Source of the DNA: Octopus sinensis
Taxonomy: Eukaryota
Reading direction: 5' to 3'
Length of the DNA stretch: 64,000 nt
Assembly (NCBI RefSeq): GCF_006345805.1
Contig: NC_042997.1
Span: 10,540,001-10,604,000 of the forward strand
Shown here: positions 40,975 through 54,583 of the stretch, one piece after another
How positions within the stretch are numbered: the stretch's first letter is position 1
How the letters are laid out: every line of letters starts with the position of its first letter
The notes under the pieces: model-generated
The model's database searches: none
What the model was told of the DNA's origin: nothing
The model's input: only the letters and a program-made list of their open reading frames with translations
Program-made: the position numbers and the translations under genes

Positions 40975-41150
40975 TTTCTGTCATTGTACTGCCGCCATGT
41001 TCGAGCAATGCCTTGAAAGGGTTTCAGTCAAACAGACCAATTTAGTGCTTACGTTTTATACTTATTCCATAACTCTCTTTCGCTGAACCGCAAAATCTAC
41101 GGAGACATAAACAAACACTGGTTTTCAAGCGGTGGCGGATAAACACAAAC
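40975..41150 (-). mobile_element. Decayed SINE-A tail
   Basis: GCCATGTTCGAGCAATGCC...CGCTGAACCGC...AAACA.ACTGGTTTTCAAGCGGTGG, similar to 38030-38220. Confidence 0.55.
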
Positions 41151-41247
41151 AAAAAAAAATGCTCAAACGCACACACGCACAAGCACGCGTGCACACACAC
41201 ACACACACACACACACACTCAAACATATATATATATATACATTTATA

Positions 41248-41307
<60 letters not shown>

Positions 41308-41313
41308 ACATTT

Positions 41314-41465
41314 ATGATGGACGAAAAAATATAATTGAATACAATTTAGATTCAGGCATGGTTTTGTAATTAAGAAGTGCGTTTTTCAGTCACATGATTT
41401 CGTGTTTGGGCCGACCAATACTTATGAGTAAAGTTGGTAGGCCGAAACTGTTTGGAAGGTTGTCG

Positions 41466-41513
<48 letters not shown>

Positions 41514-41542
41514 TATATAATATATATATATATATGTGTATA

Positions 41543-41612
<70 letters not shown>

Positions 41613-41914
41613 ATATATATACATATATATATTATATATAATATATATAATATATATAATATATATATATATATATATAATATATATATATATACATATA
41701 TATATATATGTACGACAAGCTTCCAAACAGTTTCGGCCAACCATATATATATATATGTACGACAAGCTTCCAAACAGTTTCGGCCTACCAAATTTACTCA
41801 CAAAGTATTGGTCGGCCCGAACACGAAATCATGTGACTGAAAAACGCACTTCCTTAATCACAAAACCATGCCTGAATCTAAATTGTATTCAATTATATTT
41901 TTTCCCTCCATCAT
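41314..41914. repeat. Inverted duplication (arms 41314-41469 / 41756-41914) around a (TA)n loop, with an extra partial arm at 41709-41743
   Basis: The arms are reverse complements with several substitutions. The inner part resembles the decayed 3' end of the SINE-A head. Confidence 0.9.
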
Positions 41915-42639
41915 TAACTTTCTATCCAAACACATGTATGCATCCCCAACCAATCCATACAAAAATACCACATACAAAGAAATTATCTAAATAAAAACAA
42001 CACACAAATACACACATATATATATACATACATGCCCACATAAACGCATGCCATATTCACGTGAATCTACACCACTTCCTATAAACACCACCTCCGCCTT
42101 TTAAAATTCCGCAATCTGATAACTGTATCCCGAAATGAAACAAATTGTCACGATAAAGCTTTGAATATTCCAATAGCCATAATAAAGCTACAAATGTACT
42201 GAGTTTTTTCTTTTTCGTAGAGATAATAGTACTAAATGCTCTTGCCTGACTTTTATATACACACGTATATTTGTATATGTATGTGTCTTTGTATGTGTTT
42301 GTATGTGTGTGTGCGCGTGTGTGTGTGCGCGTGTGTGTGCGCGCGTGTGTGCGTGCACGTGTGTGAGTGCGTGGGTTTGTTTGTATGTTTCTTTGTGTGC
42401 GTGTGTGAGTGTGTGTATATATGTCTCTATGTGTGTCTGTGTGCCTGGAAAATACGTAGATATAAAACTATATATATATATATATATGCACATACCCTTA
42501 TATATACATGTATAATTGCATACATGTATGTATATAAATATATATGCATACATATATTTATGTACATATATATATATATATGTATGCATAGTATATATAT
42601 ATTTATTTATTTATATTCATATATATTATATATAAATAA

Positions 42640-42670
<31 letters not shown>

Positions 42671-42986
42671 ATATATATATACTATATATATATATATATA
42701 TTATATATATATATATATATACATACATATATATATACATATGTATATATATATATTATATATTTATATTCATATATATGTGTGTTTGTGTGTGTGGATA
42801 TTTGGTTGGATATATGAGATATTATTGTTTACGAAATTATATCTCGTGTATAGAATTTAATCTTCGTGTGCATCTCTCTTCGTCTAACTGTCTGTGTAAG
42901 TAGAGGCATACAGGCGTATCTATATGTGAAAATATCTATGTAAATGTATGCAAATAACCAAACGAATATTTAGATATCCAACTTAC

Positions 42987-43042
42987 TAGCATCCACTGAG
43001 AGGTTATCAACTTGGTTGAGAGCCTGCTGGGAGGTTCTGCCG
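42987..43042 (-). other. Candidate 56-nt coding exon (GRTSQQALNQVDNLSVDA)
   Basis: Acceptor TTTTCTTACTTATCTCGCTACTGTAG and perfect donor GTAAGT. Phase-compatible with the candidate exon at 46308-46410. Confidence 0.35.
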
Positions 43043-43136
43043 CTACAGTAGCGAGATAAGTAAGAAAATTAAATTTCCCCCCAAATAAATAAATAAATAG
43101 ACAAATAAAAACACGACGAAACTAAACAAAAATAAG

Positions 43137-43137
43137 T

Positions 43138-43214
<77 letters not shown>
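43137..43214. repeat. (TAG)n microsatellite
   Basis: Directly visible. Confidence 0.95.
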
Positions 43215-43585
43215 ATTTATAGGGTGCTGAAAAAAAGAGCAGTGTTTAAATAGATCAATACTGAATGAAAGGATAGAGTTGGATTGGGCGAAATAAAAAT
43301 TGCAGTGCTACGTTGTTTATACGGTTGTGTAGACATTTTCATTACATTGATAGCATTTTATTAGAATTTGATGAGAAACAAATGTGAACGGAGGCCATTG
43401 TATAGAGAGATAAACTCGTTTTGATTATCAATTTAATAAGCAAAGTTGCATATATATATATATTCTTATAACATATATATATATGTATATACATATATAT
43501 ATATGTATATATATACGTATATATATATATATATATATATATATACTATATATATATACATATATATATACATATATATATATAT

Positions 43586-43627
<42 letters not shown>

Positions 43628-44055
43628 TATATATATATACCTATTAATATTTATATATATATATATATAATACATATATAGATATATAGATGTATATATA
43701 TGTCTGTTTGCATACATATATATAAACATATCTACATATACATACACGCACATGTATATATATATATATATATATATATATTCGTGCGCGTGTATTTGTG
43801 TGTGTGTTTGTGTGTGGGGGGGTGTTTGTGTGTTAATCTCTGAATTGTTTTGTATTTCCTATAAATACGGTACAAAATCAAGTAATTCGGTAATTCTAAG
43901 ACAGTTACCAATTCGAATATCATTTCGTAGATCCGTGAGAGTCCTTAAATACGTATGTATGAATGTATGAATATATATATATATATACATATGTATATGT
44001 ATGTATGTATGTATGTATATATATATATTATATATATATATATATAATATATATA

Positions 44056-44096
<41 letters not shown>

Positions 44097-46307
44097 CATT
44101 TTTGTAAATGTATCCACATATGTAAGTGAGTCTGGTATCTGTGGAGAGACGAGGAAAGAAAAGAGAGAAAGAGGGATGGTAGCCCACGCACATCTAACTA
44201 ATTTTAAATTTTGCTTCAAAGTCATACAACCTCAGGGGCGTTTTGAGCAAGCGTTTGCTACTCTAATCCCAAGGCGAGCAAAGACAAGTAATTCAAATTG
44301 AATGGAAACACTGTGGAACTCTTGTCAGACTGTCCGTACCTTTAATCCAAATGGCCTTCTTTGTCAAATATTGTATTGAGTAAATTGTACTTGAGCTTTA
44401 TATTAAGAGTACGAATGTCTGTGGAATGTTCAGCTAACAATATAATGCAATAATTAAAATGTTTCATTGAATGTACAACACAAACACCCATAAGTGAAAT
44501 CTTCTTCTCGGGATCTATCATATATCAGGGAAAAAATAATTAATTGGATGAAATATCGGATGGCAAGGTGGCTTATCTTTGGTTTAAACCTGTTTCAAAT
44601 ATGTCTCAGTGTGTCTGGGTGGAAACTTAAATTTTATATCCTTCAAAACGAACAATGTAGTGAACATACGAGGGCATGATGTGCCAAGGTTACTACAACA
44701 GAACCTTAACAAGAATAGATTTGGTTGAGGACTGCTTGAATGCTCGAATTTACATAACCTTTCCTTGGCCATCGCAGCTAGATCTCATTTGTTGTTACCA
44801 GTAAAATATTTAAAGCCTGTGCAAGTTCTGGAGCGATATTGCTCATATAGATGTATGTATGTATGTATATATGTACCTGTACTGCATGCGTTTGAAAGTG
44901 TAAGCATATATTTATATATGAATGTATGTATGCATATATGTGTGTGAATGTTTCTCCATCGTATATTATAAGGAATATTATTTAATAATTATGCGTTAAA
45001 TATACAGTTTTGTAAATTTAATAAATGAGAAAAAAAATAACTAGCCGTCACTCGCAAGCAAGTATCAACTTGTAGTTTATATCACGCTTTTGGTAATTGT
45101 TATGTAAAATATCTATGCGGTCAAGATACCTTGTCGGTCCAGCCACACTTGGCCCCAAAGGAACATTGAGGATGTTATGGCTAAAGAAAAGGGGCCGCCC
45201 CAGTAATCGGATTGGTACTTATTTTCAGTTGAGTAGACAGCAGTAAAGTGAAATTATATGTTAGTCAAGACAAGGTGCGCCATTCTGTCAAGAATCGAAC
45301 CTACGATCTTATCATCATGGGTCCAACGTAGGCTATGCGTGTTCAGTGAAGCACGCGTGGATATGACCCCGTTCGACAGAGCATGCGCACCCGAAAGCTG
45401 AACATTCACAATCTGTAAAAATGATTTGCGTCCTCAAATGCTTTCAAAACAGTGCATGTAAATATCGCACATGTATCGAGATAAGAAAAAATAAAATTCA
45501 ATATATAAATTCAGATTGTTAACAACAAAGATCTTTATAACGTACCTATTTAGATCCCTTTATTTTTGCTGCTATTCATTGCCATCATCATTATCATTCA
45601 TTATCTTCATCATCGTTACATCATCATCATCATCATCACCACATCAACATCATTATATCTTTCATTTTCATCATCATTAACATTGTGGTCATCATCGTCG
45701 TCATTATCATTATCATCAACAACATAAAAAGCATACTTTCTGACATAAGTGTTGTTCGTAACGATGATAAAATGAAAGCAGCCATAGCTTCTGCAATTTT
45801 TTTTTCTTTGACTTTTCCTTCACACATTAAACTTATAAACTTCTAAAGCTTGACTCAATATAACACGATCATCATTTAAAAGTAATTACCAAAGCAACAA
45901 TAACACTAAGAACACCAAGAAATTCAAGTATCTCTTTTGTGCCAATGCACATCATGTTTTAGTTACTCTTGTATTTGTATTTATAAATAGATGACAGAGT
46001 TGGTGTTGAGAAGATAATTTTCAAACGCTACTTTCCTCTTAACAAGTAGACTTAAAACATGTTTTTCAAAAGAAATATTCGGTTTCTATGATGCAATTAG
46101 AAATGCGAGTTTTAGTAAACCAATCTTAAACAAATAGAATTTAAATGTTATTTTATCTTAATCATGAGCAAAATGGACGCCTCCGCAGAAAAAGAAAGAG
46201 CTCCTTGAAGAAAAAGTTTTAAATCAGATTATCTAATGAAAATATTTTCTTTTTCTTTTTTTTCAGTTTTACTAACGGGTGGTTTTCTTTGAGGATCTGT
46301 TCACTAC

Positions 46308-46410
46308 CTTGCGTAAAAGAGGGTGTTATCTCCAGACATTTTAAGCTGTTTTGATATTTTCTGGTAAACGGCTATTTACAGTATTTATATTCGTTGCAAG
46401 ATGGCTGGCT
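46308..46410 (-). other. Candidate start-codon exon (ATG at 46339, MSGDNTLFYA..)
   Basis: Acceptor CTTTCTTCTTACTCAG, AAAATG start context and donor CAAG|GTAGTG. No protein family recognised. Confidence 0.3.
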
Positions 46411-47390
46411 CTGAGTAAGAAGAAAGATGCCCGCGATACCATTGGCAACAAGACGTTGAACACCATTGTTCCGAAAGAAAAGAACAGAATTTTAATATAT
46501 GGATAAGAAAAACATAAACATACGAACAGTGCTCCAGGTTTAAACTTTTACACTTGTACAATAGAAGATAGAAATAATACTGTTAATTTAAATTAAAATA
46601 TGCAACAGCAACAACAAAATGATCAACGAAATGATATTATTCTGCAAAGGTTATAGAAATGATCTGAATGGGACATACTTCTTTCCGTTCAAAAATGAAA
46701 TGGAATTTCATAGCCCTCGAAAGAGCAATTAGAGATGACGTGCAACATGTGATAGGGTTGGGTGGGGTTTTCTATTAACATCCTGCTCTTAAATATTTTT
46801 GAAGACAAGAAGGTTATCTCAGACTCATACCCTGTTGAAAACATAGGGAAGAAATCAAGAAGATGAAGAATATGTAGCAGAAGGCCCAGTTGCTACGCAT
46901 TTAGTATTAAAGGTTTACTGAGGGCCGTATACGCAGAAGAAAAGGAAATGCAAAGGAAAAGAGGCGGGGTGGATAGAAGCCAGACAGCATTACCAACAGC
47001 TGGTTTTTTCATATGTGTACAGAAACAGAACAGACGCATTTTTTCCGGTACCAGCTATATGAGGGGCTGTCGAATGATGCCGAAGCCGAAATGTATGTAT
47101 ATATGCAGTGCAGAACCTGTCAAATGTTACAAGCAGCACTACCATCCCATCGTCTTGCTGCGTTGAGAGGCAATATAGACTATAAAGCGGGAGGAGGGGT
47201 AATGAGAAAAGAAAGAGAGACATCGATAAAGAGTAAACTTAGACAACAGACAAAAAAGTTGTAAATCTTTGACGAAGGGTTGCGTTGTGATCCTAATTAG
47301 TCGGCGGGTTGTCTCTCCTTTGTTGTTAAGATAACCTTATTCTTTTTATGTACTAAATATTTCACCTGCCTCCAATTTGTTTATTATATA

Positions 47391-47779
47391 CTAGCAGTAT
47401 CGCCCGGCGTTGCACGGGTTTGTAAGGGAAATAACTATATAAACATTTTTAGAGATGTAAAGTATAATAGCCATCTTAATATGGCTAACCACAAAGGTGG
47501 GTGTTACTGTAGCTTTTTACGTTCTGAGATTTAATAATACATTTTTAGAGAGTTACTTCCCTTATATATGCCAAAAATGCATTAAAATGGGAAAAATTGA
47601 TGGTAATTTTTTTTTAATCGTAGACTCATCGTAGACGCGCGCTAATACCCAGAAGGGCTCGATATGAATCACGACTATAAGATACTCGCTTTTGGTTACA
47701 CTGCACCGCAAAATGTGGGAGTAGTTAGGAATCTAAATCGTAGGAGACAGACACACAACTTCACTTTTATATATAAAGA
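47391..47779 (-). mobile_element. Non-autonomous Helitron (389 bp)
   Basis: Minus strand: A|TCTTTATATATAAAAG...CCCGTGCAACGCCGGGCGATACTGCTAG|T. It has 5' TC, a 3' GC-rich hairpin plus CTAG, an A|T target and no TSD. Confidence 0.85.
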
Positions 47780-48758
47780 TGTACATGCCGGCATGTTTTG
47801 TAAACAATATTGTTTGATGCGCGTCTTTATTGTCATATGGACAATAGAGATGATTTCGTTATTGATATTGATGTTTTCATATCGTTGTCATCGAAGTAGT
47901 AGTCGTAGTAGTAGTAGCAGTTGTAGTGGTGGTGGTGTTGTTGGCTGTGGTGGCAGCGAGGTGAGGGTGTCCTTGTAGTTACCGTTATTATCGGCGTAAA
48001 CGTTGCCGGTGTCGTCTTCGATGTCGTCGTCATTGTTTCGTCATCGCCATCGTCGACGTGACGTTGATTGCTGTCGTCACCGTTGTGGCGTTCGTCATCG
48101 TCGTCGCCGTCGTCGTTGTTGTTGCTGTTGTTGTTATTGTTATTGTAGTCAACTGTTAGCAGTTTTGGTGTCATTTAGTAAATTACGTGGAAGATTAAAT
48201 TGCATCAAAAAAAGAAATCACCATTTCAACTCCGATAAGTTGCGTGCAGCTTAATAGAACTTAACGTAATTTAAAGTTAATGAATGAAGTTTAGAAAGCA
48301 AAAATAAACGAGGAATTACTTAAATTCAGAGTTAAAGAGGCAGAAAGAAAATAGGGAGAGTGAGAAAAACAGACAGAACTAATATAGGGGAGAAAATTAG
48401 AGATAGATAAGAGGAAAAAGAGACAGTCGCAACTTATATCAGTGTGTGTGTGAGTGCGTGAGTGTATGTGTGTGAGTGTCAGTATACTCATGTTTATATA
48501 TATACACACACATATATATATATATATAATATATATATATATATGTATATGCATATATATGAATATTTGAGTAGTTGAATGAATTATCTTATTAAGGATA
48601 ATTCGAAAGATAACCGATACCTGGGTAGCAAATTCATCATCAGAAAGAACACGGTTGAAGGAATATGCAGCCTTCGAAACATATGTCGAGAATAAAGGAT
48701 ATTTGTTAACTAGTCGTTCAACTCCATTCTTTCATATACTTATAATTTTAATATATGC

Positions 48759-48846
<88 letters not shown>

Positions 48847-49013
48847 TCACAAACATTCCAATACACTCAGACACATTTACATACATACGCAGACACATGC
48901 ACACAGATACAGACACATATATACATGCATATGTATAAATAAATACATATAAAAACGCATGTATATATGCATATGTATGCTTATATAAATACACAAACAC
49001 ACGCACATATGTA

Positions 49014-49194
49014 CAAGCGGGTGCTGAAAAGTTTCTGGCTTTGAGGGTGTCGCGAAAGACCTGTTTGGAGGCCCAAACTTCCGAGTTCTTTCGCGGGGTT
49101 AGAGAATCGGAAGGAGCGCTGCAATAAGTGTGTGAATCTGAGAGGAGAATATGTTGAATATACCCAAAGCCAAGAACTTCTCAGCAGCTGTTCG
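49014..49194 (+). mobile_element. Internally deleted mariner (MITE-like)
   Basis: TA|CAAGCGGGTGCTGAAAAGTTTCTGGCTTTG...CAAAGCCAAGAACTTCTCAGCAGCTGTTCG|TA. The interior encodes RCNKCVNLRGEYVE, the mariner transposase C-terminus. Confidence 0.75.
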
Positions 49195-49339
49195 TATGTG
49201 TGGATTGGGGTATAAGTATGTATGTATGCCTGTATGATGGCTACCCACTCTTGACCGAGGAATGCAATCATTGTGCACTCGGATAAATCTATGCTTTACA
49301 CCGGTAGTTCCCAGCCCTCCATAAACTTACGCGTCAGTA

Positions 49340-49600
49340 GACATTACCAACCAAGCTTCCCCCATTTTCTGCTCTGGCGGTGCGTCTTCGAGAAGCTCGC
49401 TTAAATTCTGCATGATATATGGGTATCTTTGCCAAAACATCCGCTTCTTCCTTTACTTGTTTCCTCCATTGGTGGTGATGACAAGCATTCCTTTCTCGAT
49501 TGATCTCCCATATTTCACACGCTTTCAACGAGGGCTTTATACAATTCTTAAATCGTAGGCTCTCTTTTCTTTGTATTTTGCTGTTATTCCCATTCATGCA
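49340..49600 (-). mobile_element. RTE (BovB-like) LINE 3' ORF fragment
   Basis: RFKNCIKPSLKACEI.....WRKQVKE resembles the RTE C-terminal RYKD.LK.SLK.C.I...W motif. Confidence 0.55.
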
Positions 49601-49604
49601 TTTG

Positions 49605-49880
49605 CCGCGTATTGCTCTTCTGGGATATATGTAGATACCAAACTTCTAATCGTCTCTTAAACTTATGTCGATTTGCTGCCAATGCGAAAGTTTTTCAATC
49701 CCTTGTTCTTGAGCTCTCTTATGCTGATGATTGCGATTTAGTTGCTCAAACAATGGAAGACATGCAAATTCTCATGGATCTTATCTCTGTATCTTGCAAA
49801 GCATTTGGACTTAACCTCAGCTTGTAATGTTCCAACCTGCGTGAAGAAGCACATATATTAAACCATCTATATTAGTTGAA
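49605..49880 (+). mobile_element. RTE (BovB-like) RT core fragment
   Basis: RLLNLCRFAANAKV...LELSYADDCDLVAQTMEDMQILMDLISVSCKAFGLNLSL contains the YADD motif. Confidence 0.8.
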
Positions 49881-49891
49881 GGAATAGTAAT

Positions 49892-50092
49892 GAAAAAATT
49901 TGAACTTTTAGCCTAGGGCGAGCCCACAGCAATATCATATCTTCTCTACTACGATTCCCTAAAACTTGAGAACTACACAACCAATTCCATTCAAATTTTA
50001 CACATGCCTTACTTAGGGTCCATGTAGTTTCATGGGCAAAGAAAATGTTCAACTTCTTGCCTAGAGCGAGCCCATAGCAATATCATATCTTC
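49892..50092 (+). repeat. ~52-bp direct repeats with ~149-bp period, possibly part of another Helitron-like element
   Basis: GCCTAG.GCGAGCCCA.AGCAATATCATATCTTC occurs at ~49911 and ~50059. Confidence 0.6.
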
Positions 50093-50937
50093 ACTATTTC
50101 AGTATTACGTGTTAAAAGTGAAACAAAAACGTTTCTCTATTTTATGACAGATACTTTCACTTTAACAATAAAAATAATAATAATTGAATTATATGTAGTA
50201 AGTAATAATTAAAATCAAACGAAAGTATAATATAATCGTAACATAACAAAAGTAAAAATAGCAATTGGTATAAAATTGCATCAATGATTTGAATTTGAAT
50301 AAGTGGTTTCACATGAATGGGAATAAATTAAAAATAAAATTTGCGTGCGGAAATGGAATAGTCCAGATGGATAATAAAAAATTAAATTAAAGAAAAGACT
50401 ATTGTCTATAAAGTATACAATGTAGAGAAAAAAGAAGATTTGAACACATAGAGGAAAGCACCTTCGAAAAGTGTCTTGGTGCGACTATGAAATGTATCTA
50501 ATCGGAGGCGGTAAATTCGCCACAATAGAAGCAAGGTTCGATCAACGGAACGTGCAAGGGAGTACTCGACTCGAACTTGCAAAGTGGAAATATTTTGTTT
50601 TTACCTTTATATCTGGGACGTAGGACGTGCCGGAAAAAAATTTTAAATACCCCCCCCCCCCGTATTCAATCCCATTGCGAGGTTTCTTTGACAAGTGTCG
50701 TTTACCGTCGTCTCTGTTCGATCCAAACTTTCTCAGTGAAATTTTTTATGTGTCTTGGGGGGGGGGCACAGATGAATTTTACCTTTAATTCAAAGGTCTA
50801 GGCCTGTCGTACACTGTTTCTTACTAATTTTTCCTGGGGATAACGTTTACAGTGTGTCTATCTGTAGAAACTCAGTTACTGACACATTTCCCCAACGAAT
50901 AGCCAGTTCAGTTGATTGAGTTACTGAATACGCATTA

Positions 50938-51335
50938 TCTTTATATATAAAAGTGAAGTTGTGTGTCTGTCTCTTACGATTTAGATTCCTAACTACTCCC
51001 ACATTTTGCGATGCAGTGTAACCAAAAGTGGGTATCTTATAGTCGTGATTCATATCGAGCCCTTCTGGGTATTAGCACGCGTCTACGATGAGTCTACGAT
51101 TTAAAAAAAAATTTTACATAATTTTTTCCCATTTTTAGTGCATTTTTTTGCTATTATATAAGGGAAGTAACTCTCTAAAAATGTATTATTAAATCTCAGA
51201 ACGTAAAAAGCTACAGTAACACCTCCCCCCTTTGTGGTTAGCCATATTGAGATGGCTATTATACTTTACATCTCTAAAAATGCTTATATAGTTATTTCCC
51301 TTACAAACCCGAGCAACGCCGGGCGATACTGCTAG
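50938..51335 (+). mobile_element. Non-autonomous Helitron (398 bp), same family as 47391
   Basis: A|TCTTTATATATAAAAG...CCCGAGCAACGCCGGGCGATACTGCTAG|T. Confidence 0.85.
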
Positions 51336-51699
51336 TTTAAACTAAAAATTAATGAAGACTAAAAATTAACTTATAGTTTCTAATCACCGGCAAACAGATG
51401 TGCTAAGAATTGAACGGGATTTTTTCCTACCAATTGTTGAAATAGATAATACGCTAGGCGGCGTTATAGAGATTGAAGTTGGTGGTCATCTCAACGAAGG
51501 TATGAAACGATCGACAAGAAGATTCTAGCGAAAATTGAGTATGATTGAACATCTCATATCCTCAAAGAGAATCAGAAAAGACAGAACTTTTGAATAATTA
51601 TGTTATTTCACGCTTTATATCGTAAAGCCAATCTCATCACAGGATGTACCCTCTTTAAAATTGAGGATATTCATAAATATACTTGGTCATATCCATATC

Positions 51700-52960
51700 T
51701 AAAGTATCATAATTCAATAGAACCACACTTTGATAAATCACCAACATAAATATTGCTTTTAGATTTTAGAATATACCGAGATGGAGATACTGAAAGTGAC
51801 CATTTGTTAGTAAAAGGGATGATTGAATTAAAGCTGAAGGCTAAATGAATGGACAGTGTTAGTAGATTTGATACAGAAAAGAAGTTGAAAGATCGAAGAT
51901 TTAAAGATGAATTTTTGATTGAATAGTGAAATCGATTAGCGGTGCTTGAAGCTACAGTTGAGGCTGTAGACATCAAAAGCGCATGCGAAATGTAAAGGAA
52001 GTACACAGCAATGTAACCATAGGTGTTCTGGGCTAAGAAAGATAAAAGAATAAAATTGATTTTGGATGTAACATAGGAACTTACTGAGGCACGAAAAGAA
52101 CAAAAACAAATTGCCAAATATTGGAGTGGGAATAAAGTGGACCTTAAGGTGTAAATAGCTAAATATTGGAGTCTAAATAGCGAGGTGAAAAGGTGTTCAA
52201 GAAGATATAAAAGAAAATGCTTGGAAGTGAAAGCTGACGAAGCAGCTCCAATACTCAATGCAGGAGACAGAAGAGAAGTCAGAAAACCAATAAAATAATT
52301 AATGAGATTACAAGTAAAAAGAAAAAAAAAGGCTACCCGTGTTTTGTAAAGATGCGGAACTTGAAATGTTTTATATAATCATCAAAATAATATGAAGAGA
52401 AAATTTTAATACAGTCATGAACAAACCGTTTAATGAGTGAAATGTTTTAATAATTCCTGAAATACAATAGAGCTGGAATTTGCTGTACATTAAATATTGG
52501 TTAAGCTAGTCGTTAAGCGATTAAAATCCCAAAAGGTTCCTGTATTGGATAGAATTGTAGGAATATTAAACAGATCAATGAGAAAAAGCTGTAAAAATAT
52601 TATGAAAACTGTTTTGTAATATATCGCAGATTGAACAGATACCTGCAGATTGACAAGCCGTTATAGTGATTAGTATACTAAAATGAAGCATCTTAGGAGT
52701 CTGTGGTTATTACTTTCAGCATAGTATTGAAGGCGTATAGTTTGGTTATCCTCGATAGGATAAAACGATTACATTACAATATATACTAATGTATGTACAA
52801 GCAAGCTTCAAGCAGTTACGAGGTATTGAGCAGACATTCTTGCTCAGACATAATATACAGCAGTATGTTCAGTTCAGATAACGTTAAATAATGGCTCTTA
52901 TAGACTTTGAAAGGGCCTTTGAGAGTGTATACGGTTTTACAGCTGGGAAGATACCACGTT
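51700..52960 (+). mobile_element. Heavily decayed RTE-group LINE (endonuclease C-terminus to start of RT)
   Basis: DFRIYRDGDTESDHLLVKGMIELKLK...RFDTEKKLKD and later LIDFERAFESV. Many stops. Confidence 0.6.
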
Positions 52961-53251
52961 ATTAAGAGTGCCAGACAGGAATGGAGCATAAACGCTCAGT
53001 ATTAACGATGGATGGTGAGAGGTTGGTGCTAATGTTGAGAGAAAGAAGGAGGCGCTGTCGTCGATGAAATACAGTGACCTATCAAGGCGATGAAATGACG
53101 AGAAATTCTAAATTCAAGAAAGAACAAAGTGAAAATTATACTAGTGGAAAGAGTTTAAAGTTGATACATAAATATGCAGAAATGCGTGTGTGTGTTTGCG
53201 TGTGCATCTGTGTGTATATGTGTGCGTACGTATATACATATCTTACACATA

Positions 53252-53375
<124 letters not shown>

Positions 53376-54583
53376 GGAGAAACAAAAGTAGAATTAAAAT
53401 TAATTTATAATTAATTCATTTGTTAACAATTATAATTATCATCTAATGAATAATTATTATTGAACCATTAAGTGGGGAAGAAATACTTTGATTTTTATGT
53501 CAATGAACATATAAGTAATAATGAATAAACTATTGTTATTATTATTATAGTTGTTGTTGTTATTACTATACAACTGAATTTCACTTCTCCTCCAGTTAAT
53601 AAATTTACTATTAAAACTATTAAATAATTAAATCGGGATTTGTTATACAAATACTAACGCTAAAACAAATCTAAAAGTTAACAGATTCGGGGTACTTCAG
53701 CGAATGATGATGATCTCTGCTGTTATTTAGTGAATAAATTATTCAAACATTAAATCAGGAATGACTCAATGGGATTTTAAGTTCTTGAATAAATAATTCT
53801 TATTTTACAATTGTACAATTGAATTGTGAAAACATTAAGCAAATAAATCAAGAATATCGCTGACTAAGCTAATAAATTTTGATTATTTGACAATTAAATC
53901 AGGAAATACTTTCTTGACTAAGTCAAATAAACACACTTCGACGTTAACGATTATCAAACCATTAAATCAGAAAAAAATCTAGAAGTCGAAAGATAATATG
54001 TGAAAATGTGATCTGAAGATATTGGAGTGGGGAAGTTAGGGATGGGGGTGTAGTGTATTTTCGCTATCGGCTGGATTGTTTGGTAGTATTTCTATGGTAT
54101 AGGAAAGTGTTTTAGGGGTTGTTTCAAGACGTTTCCATTTACGAGAGTTACTGCGAATTAGTTGCAGCGTGAGTTCTACCAACATATATTTCATTGTCTA
54201 TTTTGTATTTTAGGCGTGTTAATTCTGGACACCAAGTAATCCTTAAAATGACTTCAAGACGATTCTTCATAATAGTATTGGGATAGGCGCTTAAAAGATT
54301 TGTTCATTAGCGAATGGGTGTAAGATCCTAAGGATATGTTCTTAACTAAGTTCTTAATGATGTTTTTAAGGCGCTTTGAGTGCAGGTGAATGTTGTTTAG
54401 AGTTTCCTTGAGTTTGTGTAATGGAAACATCAACTTCACTTGTTTCATTTTTCTAAATCTTGTCTTAAACCTGATACCTTGTTGGTGTTCTCTTTGAAAA
54501 TATATAATTATACTGACTCATTAATATTATATGAAATTTATATAACACAACAGTGTTATATATATATATATGCATACATATAT

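Noticed and set aside
54060-54480. Minus-strand ORF as a PLE fragment
   Set aside because: Resemblance to PLE RT C-terminal motifs is too weak to call.
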